From positions 32,001-96,000 of the forward strand of contig JBGASG010000005.1 of NCBI GenBank assembly GCA_044229845.1: a stretch of DNA of 64,000 nt. The letters run 5' to 3'. Shown piece after piece: positions 18,185 through 27,351 of the stretch; within the stretch, counting starts at the first letter, position 1; each line of letters begins with the position of its first letter. The notes under the pieces were generated by a model. It made no database searches and was not told where the DNA came from. It saw nothing but the letters and a program-made list of their open reading frames with translations. The DNA comes from Candidatus Obscuribacteraceae bacterium (GTDB lineage Bacteria; Cyanobacteriota; Vampirovibrionia; Obscuribacterales; Obscuribacteraceae). The position numbers and the translations under genes were made by a program.

Positions 18185-19957
18185 TTAGGTCACTGCTGTT
18201 AACCGATTCTTGCCGCCAAGCATCTTCTCTAGCCCGGTCGTATCCGAAGGCGATTCCGGCAGCCACTGAACGACGGCAACTCGACTGGAGAGTTGCTTCA
18301 CTTCATCAATGTAGAGCTGCTCGACTTGCTGACGTGCCAGCAAAGTCGGATTCTTGGTTTGAACAGGGGACAGCGATTGATTGATGACCCAGGCAAACGG
18401 ATAGATATCCGCCCGCGCCAAATCTTCCTGAAGGCGCTTTGCCTCATGCACCGGAGTTGCTTCAGGCAAAGTAACGATCAATATGCGCGTGTAATTCTTG
18501 TCTCTCAGGCGCGGCAACAGGTTGATCACTGAGTCTGGCATGTTGCTCGATTGACGCAGCACCTCTTTGTGATATGCCTGGGCCGCATCCAACAACAAGA
18601 TAGTGTGCCCGGTTGGTGCTGTATCCAGAACGACAAAGCCGGACTGCCCAGCGGCTACCTTATTAGCAAAACTTCTAAAGACGGCTACTTCCTCGGTGCA
18701 AGGTGAACGCAGATCTTCATCAAGGAGTGCACGCCCCTGTTCATCGAGGTTGCCACCAGCAGTCTGCATAACTTCGTCTTGATAGGCTTTTGTTTCTTCC
18801 GTAGGATCGATTCGACTAATCGTCAAAAGAGGCACAGGATTCTCAACAACCCATGCAATGTGCGCAGCAGGGTCTGTTGTGGTCAAATGCACAGGGTGAC
18901 CGCGACGAGCCAACTCCACTGCTATCGCTGCTGCAATGCTCGTCTTGCCGACGCCGCCCTTGCCCATGGTCATGATCACGCCCTTGCCCGATTTCTCCAA
19001 GTCATTCACAAGCTCCATTAAAGGCGCCGGGAGTTCTTGATCAGCGGCCAATCCATCAAAAACATGAGCGGAGTGGTCTGCCTCAAACATAACGCGCAGC
19101 GCGTCCACACCAAGTAGGGGTCTTGCGCTGAGCAGCACCTCAAGGGTCGGAAGGACTGACAATTCTTTCGGCATAGAGCTCACCGCAGACTGTCCACGGA
19201 TCAAAAACGCAGATGCGATAGCATCGCCCGTGGTATCAGCCTTCAGCACGCCGTTGAGAACCAGGCATTGATTCTGCACGCCAATCTCCCGCAATTCAAC
19301 ACTCGTTTTCGCCGCCTCTTTCAATGCCGACTGTTCTGGCCGCGATACTAGTATCAGCGTAGTGCGAGCACCGTCCATCAGCGTGCGCACGGATGAAGCA
19401 TAAACTTCTTGCTGCTGTTGGAGTCCTGACAGGGGTCCGAGGCAAGACATGCCGGTTGTATTGTCTTCAATAAAAGTAGTCCAAGACTTAGGCAGCGACA
19501 AGAGCCGCATTGTATGCCCCGTCGGTGCGGTATCAAAAATTACGTGATCGTAGTCAGCGGTGTGACTGGCGTCGCCCAGAAGACGTGCGAATTCATCAAA
19601 TGCAGCTATCTCAGTGGTGCAGGAGCCGGATAGTTGCTCTTCCATACTCTTCAAGCTTGCCTCTGGCAGAAGTCCTCGGTACGGTCCCAACAGCCTCTCC
19701 CGGTACTCGCGTGCGGCCGCCTCGGGATCTATGTTGAGAGCGTCAAGCCCTTTCACACCAGGCACAGCTGTTGGCGTGGAGCTAAGCTCAACGCGCAAAA
19801 CTTCATCCAGGTTTGACGCTGGATCGGTGCTGACGAGAAGCACTCGCTTCCCGGCGTCGGCAAGAGCTATGGCAGTTGCGCATGACACCGAGGTTTTGCC
19901 CACACCACCTTTGCCAGTAAAGAACATGTACTTGGTGGCTTGTTCAACAAGATTCAT
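18185..19957 (-). CDS. arsA: Arsenical pump-driving ATPase ArsA
   Basis: Two GKGGVGKT P-loops, two DTAPTGH motifs, metalloid-binding Cys in SGSCTTEI, SCLGPL and RSPCTEE. Confidence 0.97.
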   Translation of the reverse strand: MNLVEQATKYMFFTGKGGVGKTSVSCATAIALADAGKRVLLVSTDPASNLDEVLRVELSSTPTAVPGVKGLDALNIDPEAAAREYRERLLGPYRGLLPEASLKSMEEQLSGSCTTEIAAFDEFARLLGDASHTADYDHVIFDTAPTGHTMRLLSLPKSWTTFIEDNTTGMSCLGPLSGLQQQQEVYASSVRTLMDGARTTLILVSRPEQSALKEAAKTSVELREIGVQNQCLVLNGVLKADTTGDAIASAFLIRGQSAVSSMPKELSVLPTLEVLLSARPLLGVDALRVMFEADHSAHVFDGLAADQELPAPLMELVNDLEKSGKGVIMTMGKGGVGKTSIAAAIAVELARRGHPVHLTTTDPAAHIAWVVENPVPLLTISRIDPTEETKAYQDEVMQTAGGNLDEQGRALLDEDLRSPCTEEVAVFRSFANKVAAGQSGFVVLDTAPTGHTILLLDAAQAYHKEVLRQSSNMPDSVINLLPRLRDKNYTRILIVTLPEATPVHEAKRLQEDLARADIYPFAWVINQSLSPVQTKNPTLLARQQVEQLYIDEVKQLSSRVAVVQWLPESPSDTTGLEKMLGGKNRLTAVT

Positions 19958-19996
19958 TTAGGCTCCTTTGAAAATTTTGCTCTGGCACTTCGATGA

Positions 19997-20437
19997 TTAG
20001 CAACAAGAGGATTTCTTGTTTGATTTCTTTTCGGCGGTTTCGTCGCAGCAGGCGTCTTCCGTTGCCGGGACACTGCAGCAACCGGAACCCGCTGAAGAAG
20101 TTGGCTCAACGGTGACCTTCAATCCAGGTTTTGGAGCTTCAAGACCGGCCAAGTGAGCGAGCTTTTCGCGCGTTGGATAAGCGCCCTGTACAACGATTTT
20201 GCCATCTATGAGAATCAAAGGTAAGCAATCATTGCCATGCTCCTTAAGCGCAGTGGTGACAGTTGAATTACTGACGAAGGACTGGGGTTGCTGAGAGAGG
20301 TTGTATCGTTCGACCTCAACGCCCTGGCGCTTCAACCAATCGAGATCCGCACTAAATGCCACAAGAGCGGGGTCTACGCCCGGACCGCAAATGCCCGTCG
20401 AACAGCACATCGGTGGATCGAATATTTGGAATTTCAT
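19997..20437 (-). CDS. arsD: Arsenite metallochaperone ArsD with a Cys-rich tail
   Basis: MKFQIFDPPMCCSTGICGPGVDP; AAGGAG SD before ATG 20437; tail has three CC pairs. Confidence 0.96.
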   Translation of the reverse strand: MKFQIFDPPMCCSTGICGPGVDPALVAFSADLDWLKRQGVEVERYNLSQQPQSFVSNSTVTTALKEHGNDCLPLILIDGKIVVQGAYPTREKLAHLAGLEAPKPGLKVTVEPTSSAGSGCCSVPATEDACCDETAEKKSNKKSSCC

Positions 20438-20474
20438 GTTCACTCTCCTTACTTGTTTTCGCACTTGTTGGTCA

Positions 20475-21563
20475 TTAACATTGCTTACTGGAAGTTCCTT
20501 TCTCATACCAGCCTTTGCTTGTATTGACGATTTTGACAACAGCGAGCATTACCGGTACTTCAATGAGCACACCAACCACTGTGGCAAGCGCGGCGCCGGA
20601 GTTGAAGCCGAATAGGCTGATCGCAGTAGCTACGGCCAGTTCAAAGAAATTGCTGGCTCCGATCAATGCCGATGGACATGCGACGCAGTGGGCGACGCCG
20701 AATTTTCTATTGAGCAAGTATGCAACCGATGAATTGAAGAACACCTGAATCAGAATAGGCACCGCGAGCATCGCAATGACGAGCGGTTGCTTGAGAATGG
20801 CTTCTCCTTGAAATGCAAAGAGCAAAACAAGAGTTGTGAGTAGAGCGGCCAGTGAAACCGGATGCAGAAAAGCTAATGTTTTATCGAATGCTTCTTGTCC
20901 ACGCTTCAGTAACGCGGACCTCCACACCTGTGCAATCAAGACCGGTATCACAATATACAGCCCAACAGAAATGAATAGTGTGTCCCAAGGAACCGTTATA
21001 GAGGACAAGCCCAACAGCAAACCGACAATCGGCGCGAATGCAAAGATCATGATTACATCGTTGACAGCGACTTGCGAAAGCGTGAAGTACGGATCGCCCT
21101 TAGTCAGCTGACTCCAGACAAATACCATGGCGGTGCATGGCGCAGCAGCAAGCAAAATTAACCCTGCGATATAGCTGTCAATCTGATCATTCGGAAGATA
21201 CGGAGCGAACAGAACACGAATAAATACATACGCGAGCAGGGCCATAGAAAACGGCTTGATCGCCCAGTTTATGAACAGCGTGACGCCTACGCCTTTCCAG
21301 TGTTTCTTCACTTGCCCCAGAGCGCTGAAGTCGATTTTCAAAAGCATCGGCACAATCATTAACCAAATCAGCAGTCCGACGGGAATGTTGACACGAGCTA
21401 CTTCGAGCGAGCCGATCAATTTGACCGGACCGGGCAAGAGTTGGCCAAGAATGATCCCGGCTGCAATACAGAGGAAAACCCAGACAGTTAGCCAGCGCTC
21501 GAAGAAACCAATCGTCGCCTCCCTTTGCTCCTTATCCACGATGTCAGTTGGCGAGACGCTCAT
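20475..21563 (-). CDS. acr3: Acr3-family arsenite efflux transporter
   Basis: FFERWLTVWV, AAAPCTAMVFVWS, GASNFFELAVA, GVLIEVPVML; GGAGG before ATG 21563. Confidence 0.96.
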   Translation of the reverse strand: MSVSPTDIVDKEQREATIGFFERWLTVWVFLCIAAGIILGQLLPGPVKLIGSLEVARVNIPVGLLIWLMIVPMLLKIDFSALGQVKKHWKGVGVTLFINWAIKPFSMALLAYVFIRVLFAPYLPNDQIDSYIAGLILLAAAPCTAMVFVWSQLTKGDPYFTLSQVAVNDVIMIFAFAPIVGLLLGLSSITVPWDTLFISVGLYIVIPVLIAQVWRSALLKRGQEAFDKTLAFLHPVSLAALLTTLVLLFAFQGEAILKQPLVIAMLAVPILIQVFFNSSVAYLLNRKFGVAHCVACPSALIGASNFFELAVATAISLFGFNSGAALATVVGVLIEVPVMLAVVKIVNTSKGWYEKGTSSKQC

Positions 21564-21570
21564 TTCTCGA

Positions 21571-22167
21571 TTACGCCTCCGCCACTTCATTTGCCGTCGA
21601 GGTCGCTGGTCCACATTGAGTGCCAGGTTCGCAACACGGGCCCGATGAAGCGGTATTGGAACACGACTGTTTTGATGCGGATCTGTTTAGCAACCAGAAT
21701 GATCCAGCAATGGATAAAGTGGTAATGCCGGCCACCAGCGGCTTTGCAAACGGCAAAAAGCCCGCTCCCAGTAAACTTATGTAGACACCCAACATCGGCG
21801 AGCCGCAACAACCGGTCATCCAGCATCCTGCGAATCCAAGAAGCGCGGAGAGGCTCAGACCACCTACGGCTGCTCCTTTGGCAGCGGCTTGTGCCCGATG
21901 TTCAAAGAATTGCCGGATGGCAAATGCAGCAAAAGCCAGAGGCAATGCAATCGAATAGCCGAGCAAGTAACTCTGCGTGCTGATGTATTGGCTGCCGACT
22001 GCGGGCGGGGCTGCACAGGCAGTCTCGCAACTTCCACAGCCGCTTTCGGCCCCGGAGGAAGATCCACCCGAGAGCGCGAACCAAATAAAGTGTCCTGCAA
22101 ATGCCATGACAAAGACAGACAGCGGAAGCAGCGCTCGAACAAGTTTATTGCTGGTATGTTTACTCAT
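21571..22167 (-). CDS. Uncharacterised Cys-rich membrane protein (~4 TM, 10 Cys) inside the ars operon
   Basis: 198-aa ORF fills the gap between arsC and acr3 on the same strand; CGSCETAC, GCWMTGCCGSP and PCCEPGTQC motifs. Confidence 0.8.
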   Translation of the reverse strand: MSKHTSNKLVRALLPLSVFVMAFAGHFIWFALSGGSSSGAESGCGSCETACAAPPAVGSQYISTQSYLLGYSIALPLAFAAFAIRQFFEHRAQAAAKGAAVGGLSLSALLGFAGCWMTGCCGSPMLGVYISLLGAGFLPFAKPLVAGITTLSIAGSFWLLNRSASKQSCSNTASSGPCCEPGTQCGPATSTANEVAEA

Positions 22168-22193
22168 GAGTTGTTACCACTGTGTTTCGTCTG

Positions 22194-22586
22194 TCATTTA
22201 GTCACTTTTGTTTTGGCGAGTTCTTCGACCTTGGCTTTGATCTCGTCACGCACACGCCGAAACACATCGAGTGGCTGACCTTTCGGATCTTCAATATTCC
22301 AATTCGCTTGCGTGCCAATGAAAGTCGATGGGCAGAAATCAGACGTTTTGACTGAACACATCGAGATTATCGCGTCATAGCTTGCAAGCTTCTCGTTGTC
22401 TATGGCCTTTGAGAACTGATTCGAAATATCTATACCTGCTTCCGCCATTACGTTGACCGCGTTAGGATTTACGCCAGACCCAGCTTTCACGCCAGCGCTT
22501 TCAGCTTCGAGTCCGACCTGGCGTGCAAAGCCCTCCGCAATCTGGCTGCGACAGCTGTTCTCCACGCATATAAATAAGACCTTCAA
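22194..22586 (-). CDS. arsC: Arsenate reductase ArsC (LMW-PTP fold, thioredoxin type)
   Basis: CVENSCRSQIAEG P-loop, distal Cys pair MCSVKTSDFCP, WNIEDP; TTG start overlaps the arsI stop (TTGA). Confidence 0.92.
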   Translation of the reverse strand: MKVLFICVENSCRSQIAEGFARQVGLEAESAGVKAGSGVNPNAVNVMAEAGIDISNQFSKAIDNEKLASYDAIISMCSVKTSDFCPSTFIGTQANWNIEDPKGQPLDVFRRVRDEIKAKVEELAKTKVTK

Positions 22587-23047
22587 TTGCAACACCCCTT
22601 CTTTGTGTTTTGTACTGATACTGTCTCTGGTGCGCAGCACGAAGCTTTGCTTTCGCGCAACAACTGCACATCTTCGCCGTACGTGGTCGCTTCTCCGATG
22701 GTCAAGAATGACTCCCAAGCGATTCCTTGCGGGTCATGCACCCAAGTCTTGTCAGATTGCGCGTAGCAACACGTGGTTTTCTCCTGTTCGAGAATTTGTT
22801 GCTTCGCATCTTTCAGACGAACAGTGATTTCTTGGAGTGACTGTTCATCTTCAACTTGAATTCCTAGATGATCAAGACCCGCCTGCGCACCGCGCTTCGA
22901 AATGGCGAAGTTAATGCGCGGATCGTCCAGCATCCACTTCGCGTAGTCTTCTTTTTCGACAGTGGGCTTGGCGTTGAAGAATGTCGAATAAAACTGAATG
23001 GATTGCTCCAAATCAGCTACGGCAACATGTACGTGAAACCTTTTCAT
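22583..23047 (-). CDS. arsI: ArsI/CadI-family VOC metalloenzyme (C-As lyase-like)
   Basis: MKRFHVHVAV, DYAKWMLDDPRINFAIS, TTCCYAQSDKTWVHDPQGIAWE; ATGA overlap with arsR. Confidence 0.9.
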   Translation of the reverse strand: MKRFHVHVAVADLEQSIQFYSTFFNAKPTVEKEDYAKWMLDDPRINFAISKRGAQAGLDHLGIQVEDEQSLQEITVRLKDAKQQILEQEKTTCCYAQSDKTWVHDPQGIAWESFLTIGEATTYGEDVQLLRESKASCCAPETVSVQNTKKGCCN

Positions 23048-23346
23048 TGGCATTTGCCTCCATTGTCAGCGCAGCAATTCTCAAGAAGAAAGTTGATCAG
23101 CTTCTGCATATGAGCGAAGTCTGCCGAATAGATGATCGAACGACTTTCCCGTCTGGACGTAATTAGTCCGGCGTTGGTCAATTCCTTTAGATGGAACGAC
23201 ATTGTGGCTGGCGGAAGTCCTAGCCGCTCACTCAACTCACCAGCAGCCAGCCCGCCCGGGCCGGTACGCACCAGCAACCTGAATACTTCCAAACGTGATT
23301 CTTGAGCCAGGGCAGAAAGTGCCCGGACCGCGTCTTTGCTTTTCAT
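23044..23346 (-). CDS. arsR: ArsR/SmtB repressor with a C-terminal CC...C As(III) site
   Basis: LSALAQESRLEVFRLLV, TMSFHLKEL, FLLENCCADNGGKC; likely start ATG 23346. Confidence 0.95.
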   Translation of the reverse strand: MKSKDAVRALSALAQESRLEVFRLLVRTGPGGLAAGELSERLGLPPATMSFHLKELTNAGLITSRRESRSIIYSADFAHMQKLINFLLENCCADNGGKCQ

Positions 23347-23353
23347 ATTTCCA

Positions 23354-23382
23354 ATATTATCGAACTGTCGAAATAATGTCAA
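23354..23382 (-). promoter_or_regulatory. Sigma-70 promoter of the ars operon with an overlapping imperfect inverted repeat (putative ArsR operator)
   Basis: Minus strand TTGACA-17 bp-TAATAT, ending 7 nt before the arsR ATG; overlapped by TATTTCGA-CAGT-TCGATAATA. Confidence 0.75.
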
Positions 23383-23984
23383 GGCGGCCTCCAAAGTTTG
23401 AGCATACCGGGGACGCCCTGACGCTTCATCGACCGAGCGGAGATCTGCCAATCATCCTTTTTGAGTATTAGGCGTAAATCGCTGGAGATTTATGTTCCGC
23501 GATGCAAGTGCTCAGTCAGCTGCAGCAGGCGTTGTCGGAAACGTGGGCACATATCCATATGCATTGGAACGGGCGAAGGGTTCGCGATCGAAACCACACT
23601 TAGGACCTTAATTGCTTTCAATCGCAAGCAGCAAAGAAAGCTGGTTTCTATAGAGAAATGATTTACATATGCGGTGGCGAGTTCGAGAATTGCTTGATGC
23701 GCGTTGTTGCACGTGGTTTGGCTGGAGGACATTCGGCGCCGGCCCAGCGCCTTCGGGAGATATGCCAAGCGAGCGTGAGAAATCTGCTGCGAGCAGTCCG
23801 AGAGATGGATGGCATTCGCGTGTACCACAACAGTCGTGCCGGGCCACCATAATTGGTACTGGAGGCGATCGGTGGCAAGATGATCCTACAATCAAGCAAT
23901 GCTACAAGCGTTGGTTCAAGCCGGTCCCGAAGAAACGGGAATCTTCGAACCCGGCAGCAGCGGAGTCCCCGGACTGCACAGTTT

Positions 23985-24246
23985 TTACTCCACCTGATTC
24001 CGGGCCCATTGGCCGATGCAATTCAAGAGACTCCAGACACTTTGTGTCGGATCTGACAATTCGTGCGGAATGCTGTATTTGCCTAACTCCAGTGCTCTCA
24101 TACCCTCTTCCAGTATTGCGTCTTTGCCTTTGTTATCGTCACTAAACCCCAAGGCATGAGTGATCATTCCTTCCAATTCACCGTGTGGAGCAATGAACAA
24201 TCCAAAGGTCGCTAATCCCCGAATGAGGTTTTCAGCTGATGTGCGA
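23985..24246 (-). pseudogene. C-terminal fragment of the IS3-interrupted ATPase/TOPRIM nuclease
   Basis: Removing the IS and one CGA copy restores the frame ...DNVLR/TSAENLIRGLATFGLFIAPHGELEGM...NQVE*. Confidence 0.85.
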
Positions 24247-24277
24247 TGAGGTGGGCCCCGACCTTCGGGCCATTTTC

Positions 24278-25206
24278 CTATATTGGCAAGCTAGTCTTTG
24301 CCGTGGTTGTGTCTTCCTTTACTGATACCACATACGATACTACACGGTCAAGTCCTATTTCCATGTTTTCTCTTTCTCTCGTTGTTTGGTAAACCTCCCA
24401 GGGTGTGCTGTAGCCGAGTGCCTGATGAGGACGCTCGAAGTTGTAGAAACGGAACCAGTCCGCGATGCTCGCTCGTGCTTCTTTGATGTCCTCGTACGCC
24501 TTTAGATAGACCTCTTCGTATTTGAGACTCCTCCAGAGGCGTTCAATGAAGATGTTGTCGAGGAATCGCCCTTTGCCGTCCATGCTAATGGCTATCCGCC
24601 TGTCTTCCAAGACGCCGGTGAAATCGTTGCTTGTAAATTGAGCGCCCTGATCCGTATTGAAGATCTCTGGCGCGCTGTAAGCCAGTGCGTCTTCAAGGCT
24701 TCCGTGCAGAAGCTTGTCTCCATCGAGTTTGATAGACGCCAGGACAGCACGAATCGGCTGTGCCAGTCGATGATCGCGACGAGATAGAGAAAGCCCTTCC
24801 TCATGGGTACGTAAGTGATGTCTGCGGCCCAGACCTGATCAGGGCGGTCGATAGTAACGCCGCGCAGCAGATACGGGTAAATCTTGTTTTCAGGTGCCGG
24901 CTTGCTGGTGCGCGGCTTGCGGTAGACCGCCTCTACACCCATTTTTCGCATGAGTCGCCGAACACGCTTTCGATTGACGGCATAGCCAGCCGTCTTCAGG
25001 GTCTCGGTCATGCGGCGACTCCCGAAGAATGGCGTCTTCATGTATTGCTTGTCGATAAACTGCATTAGCTCCAGATCCTGTGCGGTGGCTTCGGCCTTTT
25101 CGTAGTAAAGGCTCGACCGGTTTATTTCTAGCAGTTCGCACTGATGGCGAATAGATATGGATTTGTTGTCGTGCTCGATCAGCGAGATTCGCTGATCACG
25201 GCTCAG
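24278..25206 (-). pseudogene. IS3 transposase OrfB (DDE), frameshifted near 24697
   Basis: QVWAADITY...NTDQGAQF...DNIFIERLWRSLKYE motifs are split over two frames; one base is missing at GAA GCC (C)TT GAA. Confidence 0.85.
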
Positions 25207-25490
25207 TGACCGAGCTTTCGTGATAAAAAATCGTTCTCAACTTTCAGCTTGCCAATTTGTTCAAAGAGCTGCGACACGCTTTGGTCGGATAGCTGATCAC
25301 CCTTGGTTGCCGGCGCCTTCTCGAACACTGACGCTGCGTTTTCCAATAGTGCCTTCTTCCATGCGTGTATCTGGTGCGGATGCACCTCGTACTGACTGGC
25401 GAGCTCCGCTACGGTCTTTTCACCGCGCACCGCTTCCAGTGCCACTTTCGCCTTAAAGTCGGCGCTGTGCTTTTTCCTACTTCTCTTCAA
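25203..25490 (-). CDS. IS3 transposase OrfA
   Basis: [16 protein letters not shown]...[10 protein letters not shown]...[18 protein letters not shown] slippery site near its end. Confidence 0.92.
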   Translation of the reverse strand: MKRSRKKHSADFKAKVALEAVRGEKTVAELASQYEVHPHQIHAWKKALLENAASVFEKAPATKGDQLSDQSVSQLFEQIGKLKVENDFLSRKLGH

Positions 25491-25569
25491 TTCGGCCTCT
25501 TTCTAGCATTGCTAGTTTAGAAGCAAAGGTGTCACTTAGCCAGTGGCCTAAATTGTTGGGACCAGCTCA

Positions 25570-27011
25570 CGAAGCACGTTATCCAGCAAACGAAGACCTT
25601 GACGCTTCAATCGGACTTTGAATGCTTCGTCTGCAGTAAACAAGTTTTGCAACTCTAACTGCAACTCGCTGAGCAATTCCAGAATTTGCTTTTGGTCGTC
25701 GTGAGGAATTTGCAGACGATCAAGAGTCGCCTTTTCCCATTTAATACCTTCAGAGTAGAGTGCGTCGAAGTCAAGCAAGGCTGCCGTCGGGGTGCCTGTC
25801 TTACGCATCACTTGCGCTACTTTTAGTGCTTGGGCATAGCTTCCTGCTGAAACAAAATGTGAATCACGAATGCCACAACTCGGTCTCTGTTGCTGCAAAC
25901 ATCTGTTGAATTCAGTGTAGGCAATCTTATCGAACGCCCCTTCGACGACAACGGTTGCGTCATGAAAGATCCCGTCAAGTGCGTCCGTATTGCGAACTAC
26001 CCGGTCCATGACGAATGGCTCCAGTGCGGATTTCGATACCACACTTGCGGTGCCGTGATCTGATTTCTTTGAGTACGTCAAACGAGCCATTGCAATATCA
26101 TCTGTGCTACTCACGCATCCAGCGACGAAATCGGCGCTGTGCGTTGCGACAATTAGCTGGCCGCTACGTTTTGCGATTTCGCGAACCAAATGTTGAGCAA
26201 ATCGGTTTGCGAGCGGAGGATGCAGATGTAGTTCTGGCTCGTCCAGCAAGACTAGTTTATGTTCGAATGGAAAAATAGACAACACCAGACCGATGAAGGC
26301 ACGGAGTCCATCTCCGAATGAATCTATGCCGATGCCCCGGTCATAATAATCTTGCAGTGTTTTCGATATTATGACTCCAGGCATTTCAATAGGGGGTTGC
26401 TCAGGATTCAATTGCAAGTGCAATTGGCCGCTTTGTAGCTTTTGCACCGCTACGTAGTATCCAGATGCGGGATAAACAATCTCGTTTACTTTATCCAAGC
26501 GCGCTCTATCAGCCAATAAAAGATGATGCACCCAGCGATATCGGTCGCCAGGAATGATGGTGCTAGCGTCTGAATCGCCCGTTATAGCTGTGATACTGTT
26601 CAGCGATGCCATTCTCCGCAATCTGCCGAGATGATTACTGCGCCAGCTCTTCTGATTGAAAAAATTGGGCGTGCAGAACTCTCGCAGAAAAAGGTCAGTG
26701 GCGTTGGACTTTAGGTCTGGTTCGTTTTCCCATTTTGAGTACTCCGCTTCTGAGTATTCCACGAGCTTTAGCGGTTCTAGAAATTTGATTGCCTCATTCC
26801 TATCGAGAATCTTGAACGATGCGTCGCGGAACAATCGTGGCTCTATCGTCTCATGACTGCCGTCATACCATTCCTGAATAGACAACGTAGCTAGCGTCTT
26901 TCCCGACTCATTGGGACCAACAAACAATAAAACGGTTGGTAAGTGTACGGTTTCTCCAGGTTCGGCTCTTCGTGGGCCGTACTTGAATGTGAGTGTATGT
27001 ATTCGGGCCAT
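25570..27011 (-). pseudogene. ABC-type ATPase plus TOPRIM nuclease (OLD-like), N-terminal part, interrupted by IS3
   Basis: Walker A VGPNESGKT, signature GDGLR, Walker B LLDEPELHLHP, H-loop ATHS, TOPRIM VVVEGAFD and DFD; likely start ATG 27011. Confidence 0.85.
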
Positions 27012-27070
27012 TTGCAGTATGGTTTTCCCTAAGTGCCCCGGTGATGCCCCGCCAAAATTGGCCACCCCAC

Positions 27071-27099
27071 AAAAAAACCGCTTCGATCTGCGCAAGCGG
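27071..27099 (-). terminator. Intrinsic terminator downstream of the tRNA
   Basis: Minus strand CCGCTT...AAGCGG followed by T7. Confidence 0.7.
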
Positions 27100-27122
27100 C
27101 ATCCGCACCAGAGGGGAGAAAT

Positions 27123-27196
27123 TGCGCCGAGAGGGATTCGAACCCCCGACCGACTGGTTCGAAGCCAGTTACTCTATCCAGCTGAGCTATCGGCGC
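27123..27196 (-). tRNA. tRNA-Arg, anticodon UCG; CCA not encoded
   Basis: GCGCCGATAGCTCAGCTGGATAGAGTAACTGGCTTCGAACCAGTCGGTCGGGGGTTCGAATCCCTCTCGGCGCA folds as a cloverleaf; anticodon arm ACTGG-CT TCG AA-CCAGT; TATAAT just upstream. Confidence 0.95.
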
Positions 27197-27351
27197 GAGT
27201 GTCGACAATTATAACTTAGGCACGGAGTTATTTGCCTGTTGTCAGGGATCCGGCGGCCCGCCGTTTCTTGCCGGATGCAAAGCGAAACCCGGCACGATGC
27301 ACGCCGCCGGCGAAATTTCTGGACAAGCGCCCTCAACCGGGCCGCATACAT

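Larger units (their letters stand above)
24247..25569 (-). mobile_element. IS3-family insertion sequence, 1323 bp
   Basis: Ends TGAGGTGGGCCCC...GGCCA and TGAGCTGGTCCCA...GGCCA (imperfect IRs, 5'-TG...CA-3'); CGA duplicated at 24244-24246 and 25570-25572; orfA/orfB organisation. Confidence 0.95.

Noticed and set aside
23560..23984. Several short ORFs between the candidate RIT end and the nuclease fragment
   Set aside because: No motifs, no RBS and no RadC remainder seen; probably decayed sequence
5000..27122. Classical tRNA-integrated island with attL/attR
   Set aside because: No duplicate of the tRNA 3' end seen in the window, no integrase next to the tRNA, and the terminator is in place
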